From Chiloscyllium plagiosum (taxonomy: Eukaryota), in NCBI RefSeq assembly GCF_004010195.1, contig NC_057759.1:1471212-1529154 (forward strand): 57,943 nucleotides of DNA, in the 5' to 3' direction. The notes under the pieces were generated by a model. It was not told where the DNA came from, ran no database searches, and saw nothing but the letters and a program-made list of their open reading frames with translations. Below, one piece after another: positions 26,001-36,818 of the stretch. Made by a program: the position numbers and the translations under genes. The number at the start of each line of letters is the position of its first letter. The first letter of the stretch is position 1.

Positions 26001-29000
26001 CGTCCCCTCCACCTTAAAGCGATCAGGCCATAAGAATATGAACAGAATTAGCTCGCTCATCCTATCGAATCTGCTCCTCTAATCATGCGATCATGTTGAT
26101 CTGATCATTGTCAACTCCACTTTCCTGCCTTTTTGTTCCGTAAACCTCGATTCCCCTCCCAGCTTTAAAATCTGTCTATTTTACCCTCAAACATATTAAA
26201 TGAACCAGCCTTGACAGCCCTCCGGAATAAAGAACGCCAAAGACTCACTTCCCTCAGAGAGAAGAAATTTATCTTCATCTCCATCTTTAATGGGCAATTC
26301 CAAACGCCCCCGCCCATCACCACGCCCGCCCCCCTCCCGAGCCCCTATTCTAAGATGATGGCCCTCTGATCGATGCCTCACCCACACAAGAGTAAACAAC
26401 TTCTCTCCAAATATACCCTGTCATGTACCTCTAACAATCTTCAAAAAGGCAGCTTCTGATTCTACTAAACTTCAGTGAGTGCGGGCCCAACCTAGTCAAA
26501 CGCTCCTCGTGAGAAATTACTAACTCCTATGTGAGGTACCAAACTTAACATAAGTGACTGACTGAGCAAAACTAAAGTTTCAGCATTAAATCATGTTGAA
26601 ACATTTGCATTTGGTTGAAAATTGGTTTGGAGGTCAAGGAAATGGTACAGTTTTGGTCGCCACATTACCAGAAGGCTTTGGAGAGGCAATTGAACTTGTT
26701 TATCAGGGTAGTGCCTGGTTCGGAGGATATTAACTAAGAGGAGATATTGCACAAATTCAGTTTGTTCTTGCTTGAATGTCAGAAGGAAAAGGATGACCTG
26801 ATTGAAGTTTATAAAATTATGAGCTGTATGGATTGAAAGGAATGTCAGAGCCTTTTTCCCAGGGTAGGAACGTCAATTACTCAGAGACATAGGTTTAAGA
26901 AAAATAAAAGATGATTCTAAGAAGATGTAAGGAGTACCTTCTTTTCCAAAGAGGGTGGTAAATACCTGAAATTCACCGCCAGAAGATGTGGTGGAAGCAG
27001 ATACAATAGCAATTTTTAAGGGGCGTTTGGCAGATAAATGACCAGGCAGAAAATAGAGGGACATGGACAGCCTAGAGGGAAAGGGTTTCAGTTTAGATAG
27101 GCATCATGTTGCATCACAGTCTTGTTAGGCTGAAAGGACTGTCCTGTAGTGTACTATTCTTTGAAAACTGTGCATTCCACTTCCATGCAATTTTTAAAAA
27201 TTGTAAATGAAAGTCAAATTTCACTTACCCGTGACGACAACTTTAACAGTTTCACTCTTTTTCCATGAGTTGTATATCTCACAGTGATAAGACCCGCCAG
27301 TTTCATTGTTCGCGAGTGTTTCGTAATAATTACCCCATCCATAAGCGAAAAACTGTCCATTTTTGTACCAAATAACAGCCCGTACTTTTCCTGTCCCACA
27401 TTGAAATTTTAAAGTCTCTCCTTCTTTTACAAATCCATTTGTGGGATATACATTAAGCACGGGCCTTCCGAAAGCTGAAGAGAGAGAGAGAAGCAGAAAG
27501 GTTCAGTATCCAATCATTGCATCATGTTGACCTCTCACTACTATAAACACAGTGTGCAGTTCAGCCTCAGTGTCCCAGTATAGAGAGTTCCAGTTCAAGT
27601 TGTCTATTGACCAAAGGGTACAGTCCAGACAAAAAAGTCTGAACTCGGTGAATTTAGTTGGCACCTAACCGTTGATTGCTTGACGCATCACCTCTGCAGC
27701 GCCAACCATTTAGTCAACATCTTTATTTTTCAAAGGGCCAATTGTTGACAGGCAATAGTTGATTTACTGTTCGGAAGAGTTAACTGCACAGATTATGTTT
27801 AGCTTTATTAGAACCAGTTGATTACAATGTAAAAACATTTTTGCAATGTTCAATGCTTCGATCAAATCTCAACTCAACCTGTGCAGCACAATGAGAAAGT
27901 TCACAATATTATCTTTCTGAATTTTTCAGAAAAAAAACCCTATCCGCTGCAAAGCTTTACTTAATTAACAAGGCAATGGTTATCTCCAATAAATGATAAT
28001 GTAATCATTGCCCCTTGACAATTAATGGTGCTACCCTCACTGAATAATCTTCACAATAAATATCCTGCAAGTTACCATTGAGAGAAATCTAACAATCGTG
28101 CTTTGTTTTTCAACTGTGTTACGATCCCTGAACTGCCTCACTATCAACATGCTGGGGGTTACTCTTTTTAAAATTCATTTTCTTTTAATTCATTCACTAG
28201 ATTAGGGAGTCGCCGGTTAGGCCTGCATTTATTACCAACTCCTAATTGCCCGTAGGGCAGTTAAGAGTCAACCATATTGCTGTGGGTCTGCAGTGACATA
28301 TAGATTAGACCAGGCAATGATGGCAGTTTCCTTCCCTTAAGGAAATTAGTGAGTCAAATGGGTTTTTCCAAGATTTGGAGATGCCGATGTTGGACTGGGG
28401 TGTACAAAGTTAAAAATCACACAATACCAGGTTATAGTCCAATAGGTTTAATTGGAAGCACGCTAGCTTTCGGAGCGACGCCCCTTCATCAAGTGATTGT
28501 CACCTGATGAAGGAGCGTCGCTCCGAAAGCTAGTGTGCTTCCAATTAAACCTATTGGACTATAACCTGGTGCTGTGGGGTTTTTCCAACAAATTATAGAC
28601 ATTTATTGAATTCAAATTCCACCATCTGCTGTGGGGGTTTTGAACCCGGGTCCCCAGTACATTGTCTGACGCTTTGATTTAAGAGTCTGGTGATAACGAC
28701 TCTAGGTCATTGCCACCCCTTCTGAGAGAAGGCAATGTCCTCTACTGCGTGGCAATTTAACTATCGCCTCTTCATAGTCAATGACACCATCACTGAATCT
28801 CCTCACTATCAACACCTTGGGGGTTACTATTAACAAGAAACTCAGTTGGACTCACCATGCCAATATCATAGTGACAAGAGAAGGCCAGTGGCTGGGAATA
28901 CTGCAGCAACTAACTTACCTCCTGACTTCGCCAAGGCCTGTCCACTATCGACAAGGCACAAGTCAGGAGTGTGATGGAATGCTCCCCACTTGGCTGAATG

Positions 29001-32000
29001 AGTGCAGCTCCAAAAAACAGCACAACACCATCCAGCTACAATGCAGCCCCCACTTAATTGGTACCACATCCTCAAACATTCACTTCCTCAAATATCGATG
29101 CTCAGTACCAGCAGTTTGTACCTTCTACAAGTAGCACAGCAGAAATTCACTAGAGATGCTCAGACAACACCTCCAAAACTCAGTAGCACTTCTATCAGAA
29201 GGATAAGAGCAGTCAATCCATAGGAACACAGCCACCTTCACGTTACCCTCGAAAGCGCTCAGCATCCCAACTTGGAAATGTAACGGTCATTCTTCAGTGT
29301 CACTGGTTCAGAATCCTGGAATTCCCTCCCCAAGGGTATTGTGGGTCTTCCTACAGCACTTGCCGGAATGGCTCAAGAAGACAACTCAATCCCCACCTTC
29401 TCAAAGAGAGCAACTGGGAATTTTGTCAACAAATACTGGGTTCCGCCAGTGATGCCCATATCCCACCAGTGAATTAAATTTCATGTTCCATGTGTCTGCC
29501 CATTATAGCTGCCCGTATTTCCCTCTGTTTTCCTCCATCACTTTCCTCCTTGTTTTGTTACCGTTCCACGCGTCTGATCACCTATTATGGGACTGAGGAG
29601 CAGAACTGAAGTTAATGTCCATTTATATTTATCATAACAGTTATCACAGCTAGTTCTGATCTGTACGAGGCACCATTTAATGCTGATTCCTGTCAAAAAG
29701 AGACAGAATTGTACATTTGCCATATTGTTGTTTACAAATATATTGTGTCGATGCTTACTGCCATTAACTGCCAGTGTCATTATCTTGAATTTTGCTGGCA
29801 AATTTGTAATGTGCCTTTAATCTTTAGCTTCCCAAACCCTTTTTAAAAGGAAAAGAATGCGTCAATTTCATTAAAACGGTCACTTTACTCTCTCGCTTAT
29901 CTTATCCATCAGTTTGTCCATCATTGAAACTGCCTTCCTAATCGTATTTAAGACCTGAAGAGCATAAGAATAGGAATAGGCCATTCTGACCCTTGATACT
30001 GCTCTGAAATCCAATTGGATCGTGGCTGATCTGACCTCCCTCACATACAGTTTCTTGCCTGATCCCTATAATCGTTGATTCCCTCCACATCCGCCCCCCC
30101 CCCCCCACCCCGCCAATAAAACAAGAATCTATGTCAGCCTTAAATATACACAAGGACTCTACAACCCAAAGCAGTTGTCTGTGGCAAGAATTTCCAAAGA
30201 CTTCCACACCTGTGAGAGAAGATAATCCTCCTGATCTCAGTCTTCAATTGTTGCCCCTTTATTCTGAGACTGTGCTCTCTTTCCTTGACAGTCCCATGAG
30301 GGGGTAACATCCTCTCAGCATTGACCCTGCCAAGCTCTATATGTTTCAATGATATCACCACCTCATTCTTTAAACGTCAGTGAGTAGAGCCCTAACCTGT
30401 TTAGACATTGCTCAAAAAGACAATCTCTCCTTCCCAGAGATCATCCTTCTCTAGATTGCCTCCAATGAAATGGTGCACTTCCTTAAATAACGGCAGTAAA
30501 AGCTCTCAGTGCTCAAGGTGTGGTCTCCCCAGCAACATGTACGTTTGCAGAAAGACTCCCCTACTCTTTAGTAATAATAGCCAAATTTCCCTCCCCACTG
30601 TGTGCTAGTTTTCTGTGTTTCATACAGAACTTCCCCACCCCCAAGTCCCTTTATGCTGCAGCTTTGTGCATTTTTTCTCCATTTAAGTAGTACTCTGATC
30701 TGTTCTCCCTTCTAAAATGAATGGAAACTTATGTTTCCCAAACAACCTGTTTTAAATCTCATGCTCATTTGAAGAGTTGTGGTGGAGTTAAACTTTGATG
30801 CAGATTTACTGAATAGACTCTGTCCAATGTGACTAAGTCATTGGCCCTCTTTTTAACTATTGGTACATCCACGTGGGATAAGAGTTGAACATGATTCCAG
30901 TGTCTGGCCTTACAGAGGATATCCCGAACTCTGGACAGAAAAACAGGGATTAAATCACAATTGGTTCATATTTAAAAGGTCACTGAAAAGATGTGCACAG
31001 CACGACTTCAGATTTCCAAATGATTATCCAAAACTAAACTTGCAGTTCCCTTACCTTGGGTGATCCGACAGAGAGCAAGAATCACTGGAAAACATAAGGG
31101 AATTGAAATGCCAATGTAATTATTTCTGTAAGTGTCCTGGAAACGGCAAAGCATAGACAATGTCAAAGCAAATTAAGTGGAGAAGCAGCAGAGAAACAAC
31201 ACCAGTCCTACCTGGAACTCAATAGTAACTGTTAATTGTTCACTCCCATTGAAGTGGACACAGAAATATGAATTTATATCAACTGTATGAGCACCCATTG
31301 GTTTCTTCGTCCTTGTCGCATTCGAATTGCAAATTTTGCTTTGTATCTTTCTGGATTTTATTTATCCCCTCGTTTTCTCTTCCTGCTTTCTCTCTGCTTA
31401 GCTTCCCATTTTATTTGCAAATGTTTTACACAAGTAAGGGTCTCTGGAAATTTAGATTTCTTGTAAAATAAAGTACGTTTGGGAAGATGATTGCAAAAGG
31501 AATAACGTCACATGATTGCGCGTTTCTTGCCTCTGTGGATTCTTAGAAACCCCAAAAGTCAGACAAGTCTCACCAATGACCACACTGAGACTTCTAGCTC
31601 AGCGACGAAAGGCTACTGTTACAATGAAGCATCTCTGCATCTAAAATTACTTCGCAAGAGAGCAAGAATCGTCTCCAATCTCAATTCAGAGCCAGAGAGG
31701 TCTACAGCATAGAAGAAGGCTCATCAGCTCATCGGGTCTGTGCCAGTCTAAAACATACACCTCGCTATTCTCGAATTCCATTTAAACACCACTTGGCCCC
31801 TAGCCTTGGTATCACAAATTGACATCTAAATGCTTCTTCAATGTAAAGAGAGTTTCTGCCTCTCCACCCTTTACAGGCAAGGACTTCCAGATTCCCCACC
31901 ACACGCTGGGTGAAAATGTTTTCCCTCACATTCCATTCTAAACCTCCTGGCATTTGTTTCCATCTGCCTCATCCATGTCATTAATCCCTCCATCAAAGGG

Positions 32001-32722
32001 GAAGTTTACCTCATGTCTATTCTATCTAGGCAACTTCATCATTTTATACATCTCAATCATGTCCTACCCCATCCCCTCTCCCAAACCCCTCGGCTCTAAG
32101 GAAAACAACCCCAGCCTCTTGAAGTTCCCTACATCAGTGAAATTCTCCAGTCCCCAAAGCAACATCCTCGTTAATCTCCTAATTTTGATGAAAAGTTTTG
32201 GCATACCCATTCACTGCTCAGTGATATATCTCACCTCTATATTGTTGCTGATTGTCCTTCCCTTTGCTGGATTCTGAAATTCTACTGATCCGCCCATGAC
32301 TTAACATTTTTAGGTCGATTGCACATGTGGCGTGGACAATTTGGACCGAAGGGTCTATTTCTGTGCTGTACATCTCTATGACTCTATGTGTGTAACTTGT
32401 ATCCTTTTCCGAGAAGATCAAATAATATTGCCCGAAGCGGGAACAAAGGATACGATGAAATGATTTTTCTTCTCTCTCTTTCCCAAAATATTATCGTTCA
32501 TGTTGCCAACTTGTTTCATTCCAGAATTTAGCCAAGTTTGATTTTTTTTTAATGTTGGCCACAGTTATTAGATCCTGCTTTTTGGATCTGAGAAGGAAGT
32601 GTAGGGCTGTCTGCTGTAGAATTCAATCTCACGTGACCGGGGAACAGCGCAGGTTTGTCATGGTTAAGGTCCATTAGTAACACACACTTACAGAGGATCA
32701 GAAGCACGGAGGTCAGCGTCAT
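7054..32722 (-). CDS. Fc receptor-like (FCRL-type) Ig-superfamily inhibitory receptor; 14 coding exons, 710 aa; join(32692-32722,31055-31084,27229-27474,25464-25721,20724-21005,19704-19976,16823-17107,15614-15916,14689-14787,13634-13664,13009-13088,10792-10851,9194-9228,7054-7173)
   Basis: All 13 introns are GT-AG and the phases chain into one open frame (31+30+246+258+282+273+285+303+99+31+80+60+35+120 = 2133 nt) from ATG to TAA. Signal peptide, 6 Ig domains with canonical Cys pairs, TM helix and ITIM tail. Domains resemble FcR/FCRL D3-type (F..PVL..P..EG.PVTLTC...YSFYRD) and D5-type (IPVSKP...GSLPIYYQFY). Exact orthology not determined. Confidence 0.88.
8020..9070 (+). mobile_element. CR1 LINE ORF2/3' remnant
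   Basis: LQCDLDKL.EW-like segment and VKEVNGMLAFIVRGFESRSRDVLL..FGSPYLRKNVLAMEG. Confidence 0.8.
9194..9228 (-). CDS. Receptor exon 13: cytoplasmic (GNSIAFCSDVKK)
   Basis: Strong acceptor ttttattttcag, donor GTATGC; phase 1 to 0, as required to join exons 12 and 14. Confidence 0.8.
10600..10669. repeat. (CT)n(CA)n microsatellite
   Basis: Visible directly. Confidence 0.92.
10792..10851 (-). CDS. Receptor exon 12: cytoplasmic, ITIM LVYSEV
   Basis: Acceptor cctttgtag, donor GTAAAG; 60 nt; ENITADLVYSEVTIKKRKEP. Confidence 0.85.
10934..11083. repeat. (GATA)n microsatellite with a small N gap (11015-11022)
   Basis: Visible directly. Confidence 0.97.
11860..12510 (+). mobile_element. CR1 LINE 3' remnant
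   Basis: MEYKSCQIILQLLKILVRPQLEHCVLFWSPHY. Confidence 0.8.
13009..13088 (-). CDS. Receptor exon 11: cytoplasmic, ITIM LEYAVV
   Basis: Acceptor ctttccttcccctttctactag, donor GTGAGT; phase 2 to 1; ITGSQPSGEGTAASNLEYAVVGAAHNA. Confidence 0.85.
13634..13664 (-). CDS. Receptor exon 10: cytoplasmic (GNSSTASQPR)
   Basis: Strong acceptor ctctctttccctgcag, donor GTAAGT; phase 1 to 2, matching the next exon. Confidence 0.8.
13840..14255 (+). repeat. Degenerate (TTAGGG)n-like hexamer array
   Basis: Repeated ttaggg/ttaagg/ttagag/ttaggt/ctaggg units over ~400 bp. Confidence 0.8.
14689..14787 (-). CDS. Receptor exon 9: transmembrane exon (ARSYSKEIMASLLPVLLMAGLLVSGCYIYRRAT)
   Basis: Acceptor gggttccag; ~22-aa hydrophobic stretch followed by RR stop-transfer; 99 nt, phase 1-1; weak donor GTCTGT. 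Not in the supplied ORF track in this frame. Confidence 0.85.
15614..15916 (-). CDS. Receptor exon 8: Ig domain 6
   Basis: VPVTDAVL..GDHLVLWCQVREGTEPQFLWYRD..GRYHCAAIN; 303 nt, phase 1-1. Confidence 0.93.
16495..16672. mobile_element. Decayed palindromic Penelope-terminus element
   Basis: Inverted gacgtttcgagcataagctc / ctgatgaagagcttatgccagaaacgtc, and shared tail ctgatctccagcatctgcag. Confidence 0.7.
16823..17107 (-). CDS. Receptor exon 7: Ig domain 5 (FCRL D4/D5-like)
   Basis: RIPVSKPEL..LICSVSNGSLPIYYQFY..DEGFYHCSVRN..SEDIEITVI; 285 nt, donor GTGAGT. Confidence 0.93.
17390..19180 (-). mobile_element. Nested CR1 LINE remnants
   Basis: MLPGLEDLNCRERLNTLGLISLEHWRLKGDLIVVYKI and VHSSLKVTSQVDKVVKKSYGMLAII. 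Confidence 0.82.
19704..19976 (-). CDS. Receptor exon 6: Ig domain 4 (D3-like)
   Basis: QVYTVPVLTVRP..GQRVKLVC..LQYSFYRNG..DSGIYHCEV; 273 nt, donor GTAAGT. Confidence 0.93.
20724..21005 (-). CDS. Receptor exon 5: Ig domain 3 (FcR D3-like)
   Basis: ERFAQPVLRVEP..EGLPVTLTC..YSFYRD..SGNYTCEA..KRSSSIQISIK; AG/GT bounded, 282 nt. Confidence 0.93.
22007..22044 (-). ncRNA. Minimal type I hammerhead ribozyme motif at the Penelope 3' end
   Basis: CUGAAGA-A-GGGC(UUAU)GCCC-GAAA-C-GUC; intact core, palindromic minimal helix III, short helix I. Confidence 0.7.
22126..22295. other. Assembly gap (170 N)
   Basis: N run. Confidence 1.
23700..24510 (+). mobile_element. CR1 LINE 3' remnant
   Basis: Decayed ORF2 C-terminus; NVFTHRVPCGWKELPE; 3' tail. 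Confidence 0.7.
25464..25721 (-). CDS. Receptor exon 4: Ig domain 2
   Basis: DRNVAFHVVP..EGETLKLNC..FYRNGK..DSGWYSC..VKVQVQ; acceptor tttag, donor GTACGT; 258 nt. Confidence 0.92.
27229..27474 (-). CDS. Receptor exon 3: Ig domain 1
   Basis: AFGRPVLNVYP..EGETLKFQC..VIWYKNG..GGSYHC..VKVVVT; acceptor ctcttcag, donor GTAAGT; 246 nt, phase 1-1. Confidence 0.92.
28372..28576. mobile_element. Palindromic non-autonomous element with inverted hammerhead pair, inserted in a SINE
   Basis: ~75-bp inverted arms (~28420-28494 and 28501-28576); 12-bp TSD gggtttttccaa at 28360-28371 and 28577-28588. Confidence 0.8.
28501..28535 (+). ncRNA. Minimal hammerhead ribozyme motif
   Basis: CAC-CUGAUGA-A-GGAGC(GUC)GCUCC-GAAA-GC-UA-GUG; helix I CAC/GUG, 5-bp helix II. 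Confidence 0.7.
28790..29480 (+). mobile_element. LINE (CR1/L2 clade) 3' remnant sharing its 3' tail with the DeuSINE-like elements
   Basis: TLGVTINKKLSWTHHANII; ends cagtgatgcccatatcccac..gaattaaa. Confidence 0.6.
31055..31084 (-). CDS. Receptor coding exon 2: 30-nt leader mini-exon (LILALCRITQ)
   Basis: Acceptor ttttccag, donor GTAAGG, phase 1-1. Joins exon 1 and D1 into MTLTSVLLILLILALCRITQA-FGRPVL. Confidence 0.78.
32692..32722 (-). CDS. Receptor coding exon 1: leader part 1 (MTLTSVLLIL + 1 nt)
   Basis: AAAATG start, 31 nt hydrophobic, donor GTAAGT, phase 1. Confidence 0.8.
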
Positions 32723-33189
32723 TTTCAACGCGGTTTTCTAGCACAGCAGTTTCCAACTCAGTGTGACCTGATGCTTGCTACATCTGTGCATTCTATTTCT
32801 CACATTTACCTGTAACAGAAAACGATGCGTTTAGAAACAGCAAAAGTGGCTGCTCTCTCCATACGCTGCTAGGACATCCAACTGATTAGTTCTACGCACA
32901 GTGGGACAAAGCTGCTTCTTTAGCAAGGTTATGCTGTGAATTCTTAGAGGCATGGCATTCTAACCAGAACTCCATCACTAAACACATCGACTTAGATCCC
33001 ATCTACCTTTACTTGAAAAAAAAGAACTGGAAATGACATCACTACCTTAAGAAAGCAAAACCTATAAAGAGAGAGGCAGGACATGCCACCAGCTCTTTAC
33101 CAGAGACTCACACTGATTATGTTACCTATTCATGGTGACAAAACTATTGAAAACAAACCTTCCAGCTCAGCGAGCTAATGTACACACTT

Positions 33190-33800
33190 AAAGTTATGCT
33201 GTCCTTAGTTGTTTTTTTTTTATCAGAGTGGTTATAAACAACACAGGTTTCGAAAAGTCTGTGTTTTGAAGGGTATTAGGACCAATTTGATAAAAAAACT
33301 AACAGATACTGTCTCAGGCAGAGGATTTTCAAATTTAAAACATACTTGTACAATCAAAGGTGAGTGGCCAGATCTCCCAGCTCACCTCTCCTCTGGATTG
33401 GTTTGTTTTTTAGCAGTAATGTAGAAAAAAAGATGCTGGGCCCAAAGAAGCAGGTCAGGACTGTGACTCTCTCTCTATGACTTCTCTCCTGTAAGGCCCT
33501 GTGTTTGTTTTAAACTTTTGTGCCAAGGGGTGTTCGTGGGGATAGCTGCAAGTGTTGACACAGTATCATTAAATTGCGATAATCTGTTGGGCTTTCGGGT
33601 GGGTTAGGTTATTCTGTGTTCTGTTCTGTTTTGGTTGTGTTTCATTCAGTAATCTTGTCAGTTGTTTTAAACAAAGTGGGTTGGCCAGCTACAATACTGC
33701 TGGAAATTCCACGTGACACCTGCTTAAAACAGCTAGCAACGTTAGGGTCTTGGCTACTCTCTTGAAATGTTTTGAGGGGTCTGGCCTGGTTCATAATAAC
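33190..33800. mobile_element. Possible solo LTR
   Basis: ~600-bp block with LTR-like ends (gttatg...cataataaca) and U-rich interior; no clear TSD. Confidence 0.35.
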
Positions 33801-36379
33801 AGGAACAGCAGTCGGCCATTTAGCCCATCGAGCCTATTCCACCAGTCAATAGTTGATCTGCAACCTAACTCCATAATACCTGACTTTGGCCACTATCTTC
33901 TTCATAACATTACTGAACAAACATTGATCCATCTCGGATTGAAAACTACCAACTGATTCAGCATCCACTGCAGTTTGTGGAAGAGAGTTCCATACCTCTC
34001 CCACGCTTTGTGGGTGGATGTTCTTCCTAACATCTCTCTTGAACGGTCCGGTCCTAATCCTCAGACAATGCCCTCACCCTTTCTGGAATCCCCAACCAGT
34101 GGAAATAGCTTCTCTTCTTCCACCCTGTCTTTTCCTGTCAATATCTTCGATCAGATCACCCCTTAATCGTCGAAAATCTGTGGAAAACAGGCCTCATTTG
34201 TGCAATCTCTCCGCATAATTTGACCCCTAAAGTCCAGATTCCACTCTTGCTAACCTAGCTTGTACTCCCTCTGAGGCCAATCTGTCCTTCCTAACATGGA
34301 GTTCGGGAGAGTACTGTTCCCGTTAGAAAAGAAAAACAAAAATCGCTGGGGGAACTCGGAGGGAGACAAAGAAACAGAGTTAATATTCCACTTTATAAAC
34401 ACAGGGAGTATTGTAGAAGCTCAGCAGGTCTGGCAACATCTGTGTAGAGAGAGAGAGAAACCGCTATGGGCCAAATGGGTTCAGTTTGGGAAATTTAGTT
34501 GGGATTGACGAGTTGGGACGAGTCCGCTCTGGAGGACTCTATAAGTCCAGTCCATGTAGCTGTTCAGGATCAGACTCTGATGTGGTCACTGGGAAATTTG
34601 AAGCTGATTGAGGCACAATGTTAAGGTGTCCTGAACCCGTTCTTTTGCCCAGAGTCTATGCTGCTTACAGAACAAGAGAGAAACCGCAGCCTACTTCGGT
34701 CTGACCACCATCTCCGAGACAGAGAGAGAAAGAGAGAGAGAAGGGTGGGAAGGGGGGTTGGGAAGAAAGATACAGAAGACTTCCCCGATTCATGCTGACC
34801 ATATGCACCCCCATCCTAACCCAATCCCTCCATGAACAGGGAACACCACAATAACCACATCAGCCTTTGGAATGAGCTTTATCAGAGTTTAACAGCCTGC
34901 ACAGAGGCTGAATACACCTCTGCAGCTGTCATGAGATGATGTATTGTCAGAGCACGTTCTACCGTTAAACCAGCAACAGCTATGACTAAAATAGAAATCA
35001 CTGGAGAAAGTGCAAGCAAAAAAGTCGTGCAGCCTACCAAGACAGAGTGGCTGTCCATTCCCCATCTTAATATCCACCATTTTATATCTCTATTCCACTT
35101 TCACCACAATTAGCAGTCCCTTTATCCTTTGCAGCAGCAGTGATCTTTTCCATTCACCCCTCCCTTTCAATTGTGAAGAAGGGTCACTGGATTCGAAATG
35201 TTAACTCTGTTTCGCTCTGAGTTTCTCCAGCACTTTCTATATTTATAACGAGTGACATAGAACGTACAACAGTACAGCACAGGAAATGGCCCTATTGCCC
35301 TCGATGTTGTGTTAAACGGAACACCAAACGAAACTGGTCCCTTTGCCTTGTTCTTGGTTTGTTTCCTTCCATTCCTTTACTAAAACCTATGAAAATAATA
35401 CCCACAGCTCTATCCTCATTGATCACCTTCGTCACCTCCTTGTAAAATTCAATCAAGTTGGTAAGGCATTAGCTGCCCTGCACAAAGCCATGCTTTTCCA
35501 AATGTGCAAAAATCCTATCCAGAGGAATTCTCTCCAATAGTTTCCCAACGACTGAGCTGAGAGTCACTAGTCCATGCTTTCCTGCATTATCTCTATTTTC
35601 CTTCTTGAACAAAGGAACAACATTAGCTACTTGCCAGTCTTCCAGGATCTTTCCATTGGCTAGTGAGGCTACATAGATTTAAGCCAAGGCCCCAGACAAT
35701 TCCCTTTCTTGCCTCTCTCAATAACCTGGGTAGATAACATCGGGCCCTGGGGTAGATACCATAGAGCCCTTTGGACTTATCCACCTTAATGCTCTTTAAG
35801 AGACCCACTTCCTTCTTGATCTCAACATGCTGTAGCATATTAGTATGCGCCATGCAAATCTCACTATCCTCCATATCCTTTTCCTGGGTGAATGGTACCA
35901 ATGCTCATTTAGGATCTCACCCACATCTTCTACCTCTAAACACAAGTTCCCTCCTTTTTCCTTGACTGGTCTTACCTTCTCCCTCGTTATCCTCTATTCA
36001 CACTAAGACCTGCTGAGTTTCCCCAGCACTTTCTTTGTTTATAATCTGTCACTTGAACACTGTTTTCCATTTTTCTCTCCCTCACTTCTGTTTTTATTTA
36101 TTATATTGCTCATTCTCTCACTCGCAATTCAGAAAATAACATTGTGACAACAACAATTTGCATACAGCTATTTTTGGACACATAGTCAAAAAGTATTGAT
36201 CTGATTTTTCCAAATCTATACTGTGCCACTGACCCATCTGATTTTATTTTACAGCACAGCGCATTTTCAATTATAAGTGGTTAGACAATCAGCGCTGACA
36301 GGGCACCAGGAATGCGACAATTGGAATTGAAGTATTCATTAACACAAAAACTGTGAGGGATGATGGAGATCTGAAACAA

Positions 36380-36710
36380 AAACAGAAAGTGCTGTAAAAA
36401 CTCAGCAAGTCTGGCAGCAGCTATGGAGAGAGAGAAGGAGAGTTAACGTTCCAGGTTATAAGCACAGAAAGTGCGAGAAAAACTCAGCAGGTCTGGCAGC
36501 ATTTGGTAGTAGAGACAGAGCAGAATTAACATTCCAGATTATGAACACAGAAAGTCCTGGAGAAACTCAGCAAGTCTAACAGCATTTGTGAATAAAGAGG
36601 TAACATGACAGATTGTGGACACAAAAAGTACTGGAGAACCTCAATGGGTCTGTCTGCATGTGTGAATAGAGACAGAACAGACTTAACATTCCAGGTTACA
36701 AACACAGAAA
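36380..36710 (+). repeat. About four tandem ~80-bp copies of a retroelement-terminus segment
   Basis: Unit cacagaaagtgc..gaaactcagca.gtctggcagcat..gagttaacattccaggttat. Confidence 0.75.
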
Positions 36711-36818
36711 TCATAGCTGTTGTGTGTGACCAACCTGCATCCAATTTAAGGACGGATTACAGTTCTGTATAGTTCTGCAGATACAGAAACACTGATCCCC
36801 TGCGTAACTGAAGCATAC

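Larger units (their letters stand above)
28185..28720 (-). mobile_element. DeuSINE/SacSINE1-like element interrupted by a palindromic insertion
   Basis: Collinear with 5925-6272 once 28372-28576 is removed. Confidence 0.7.
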
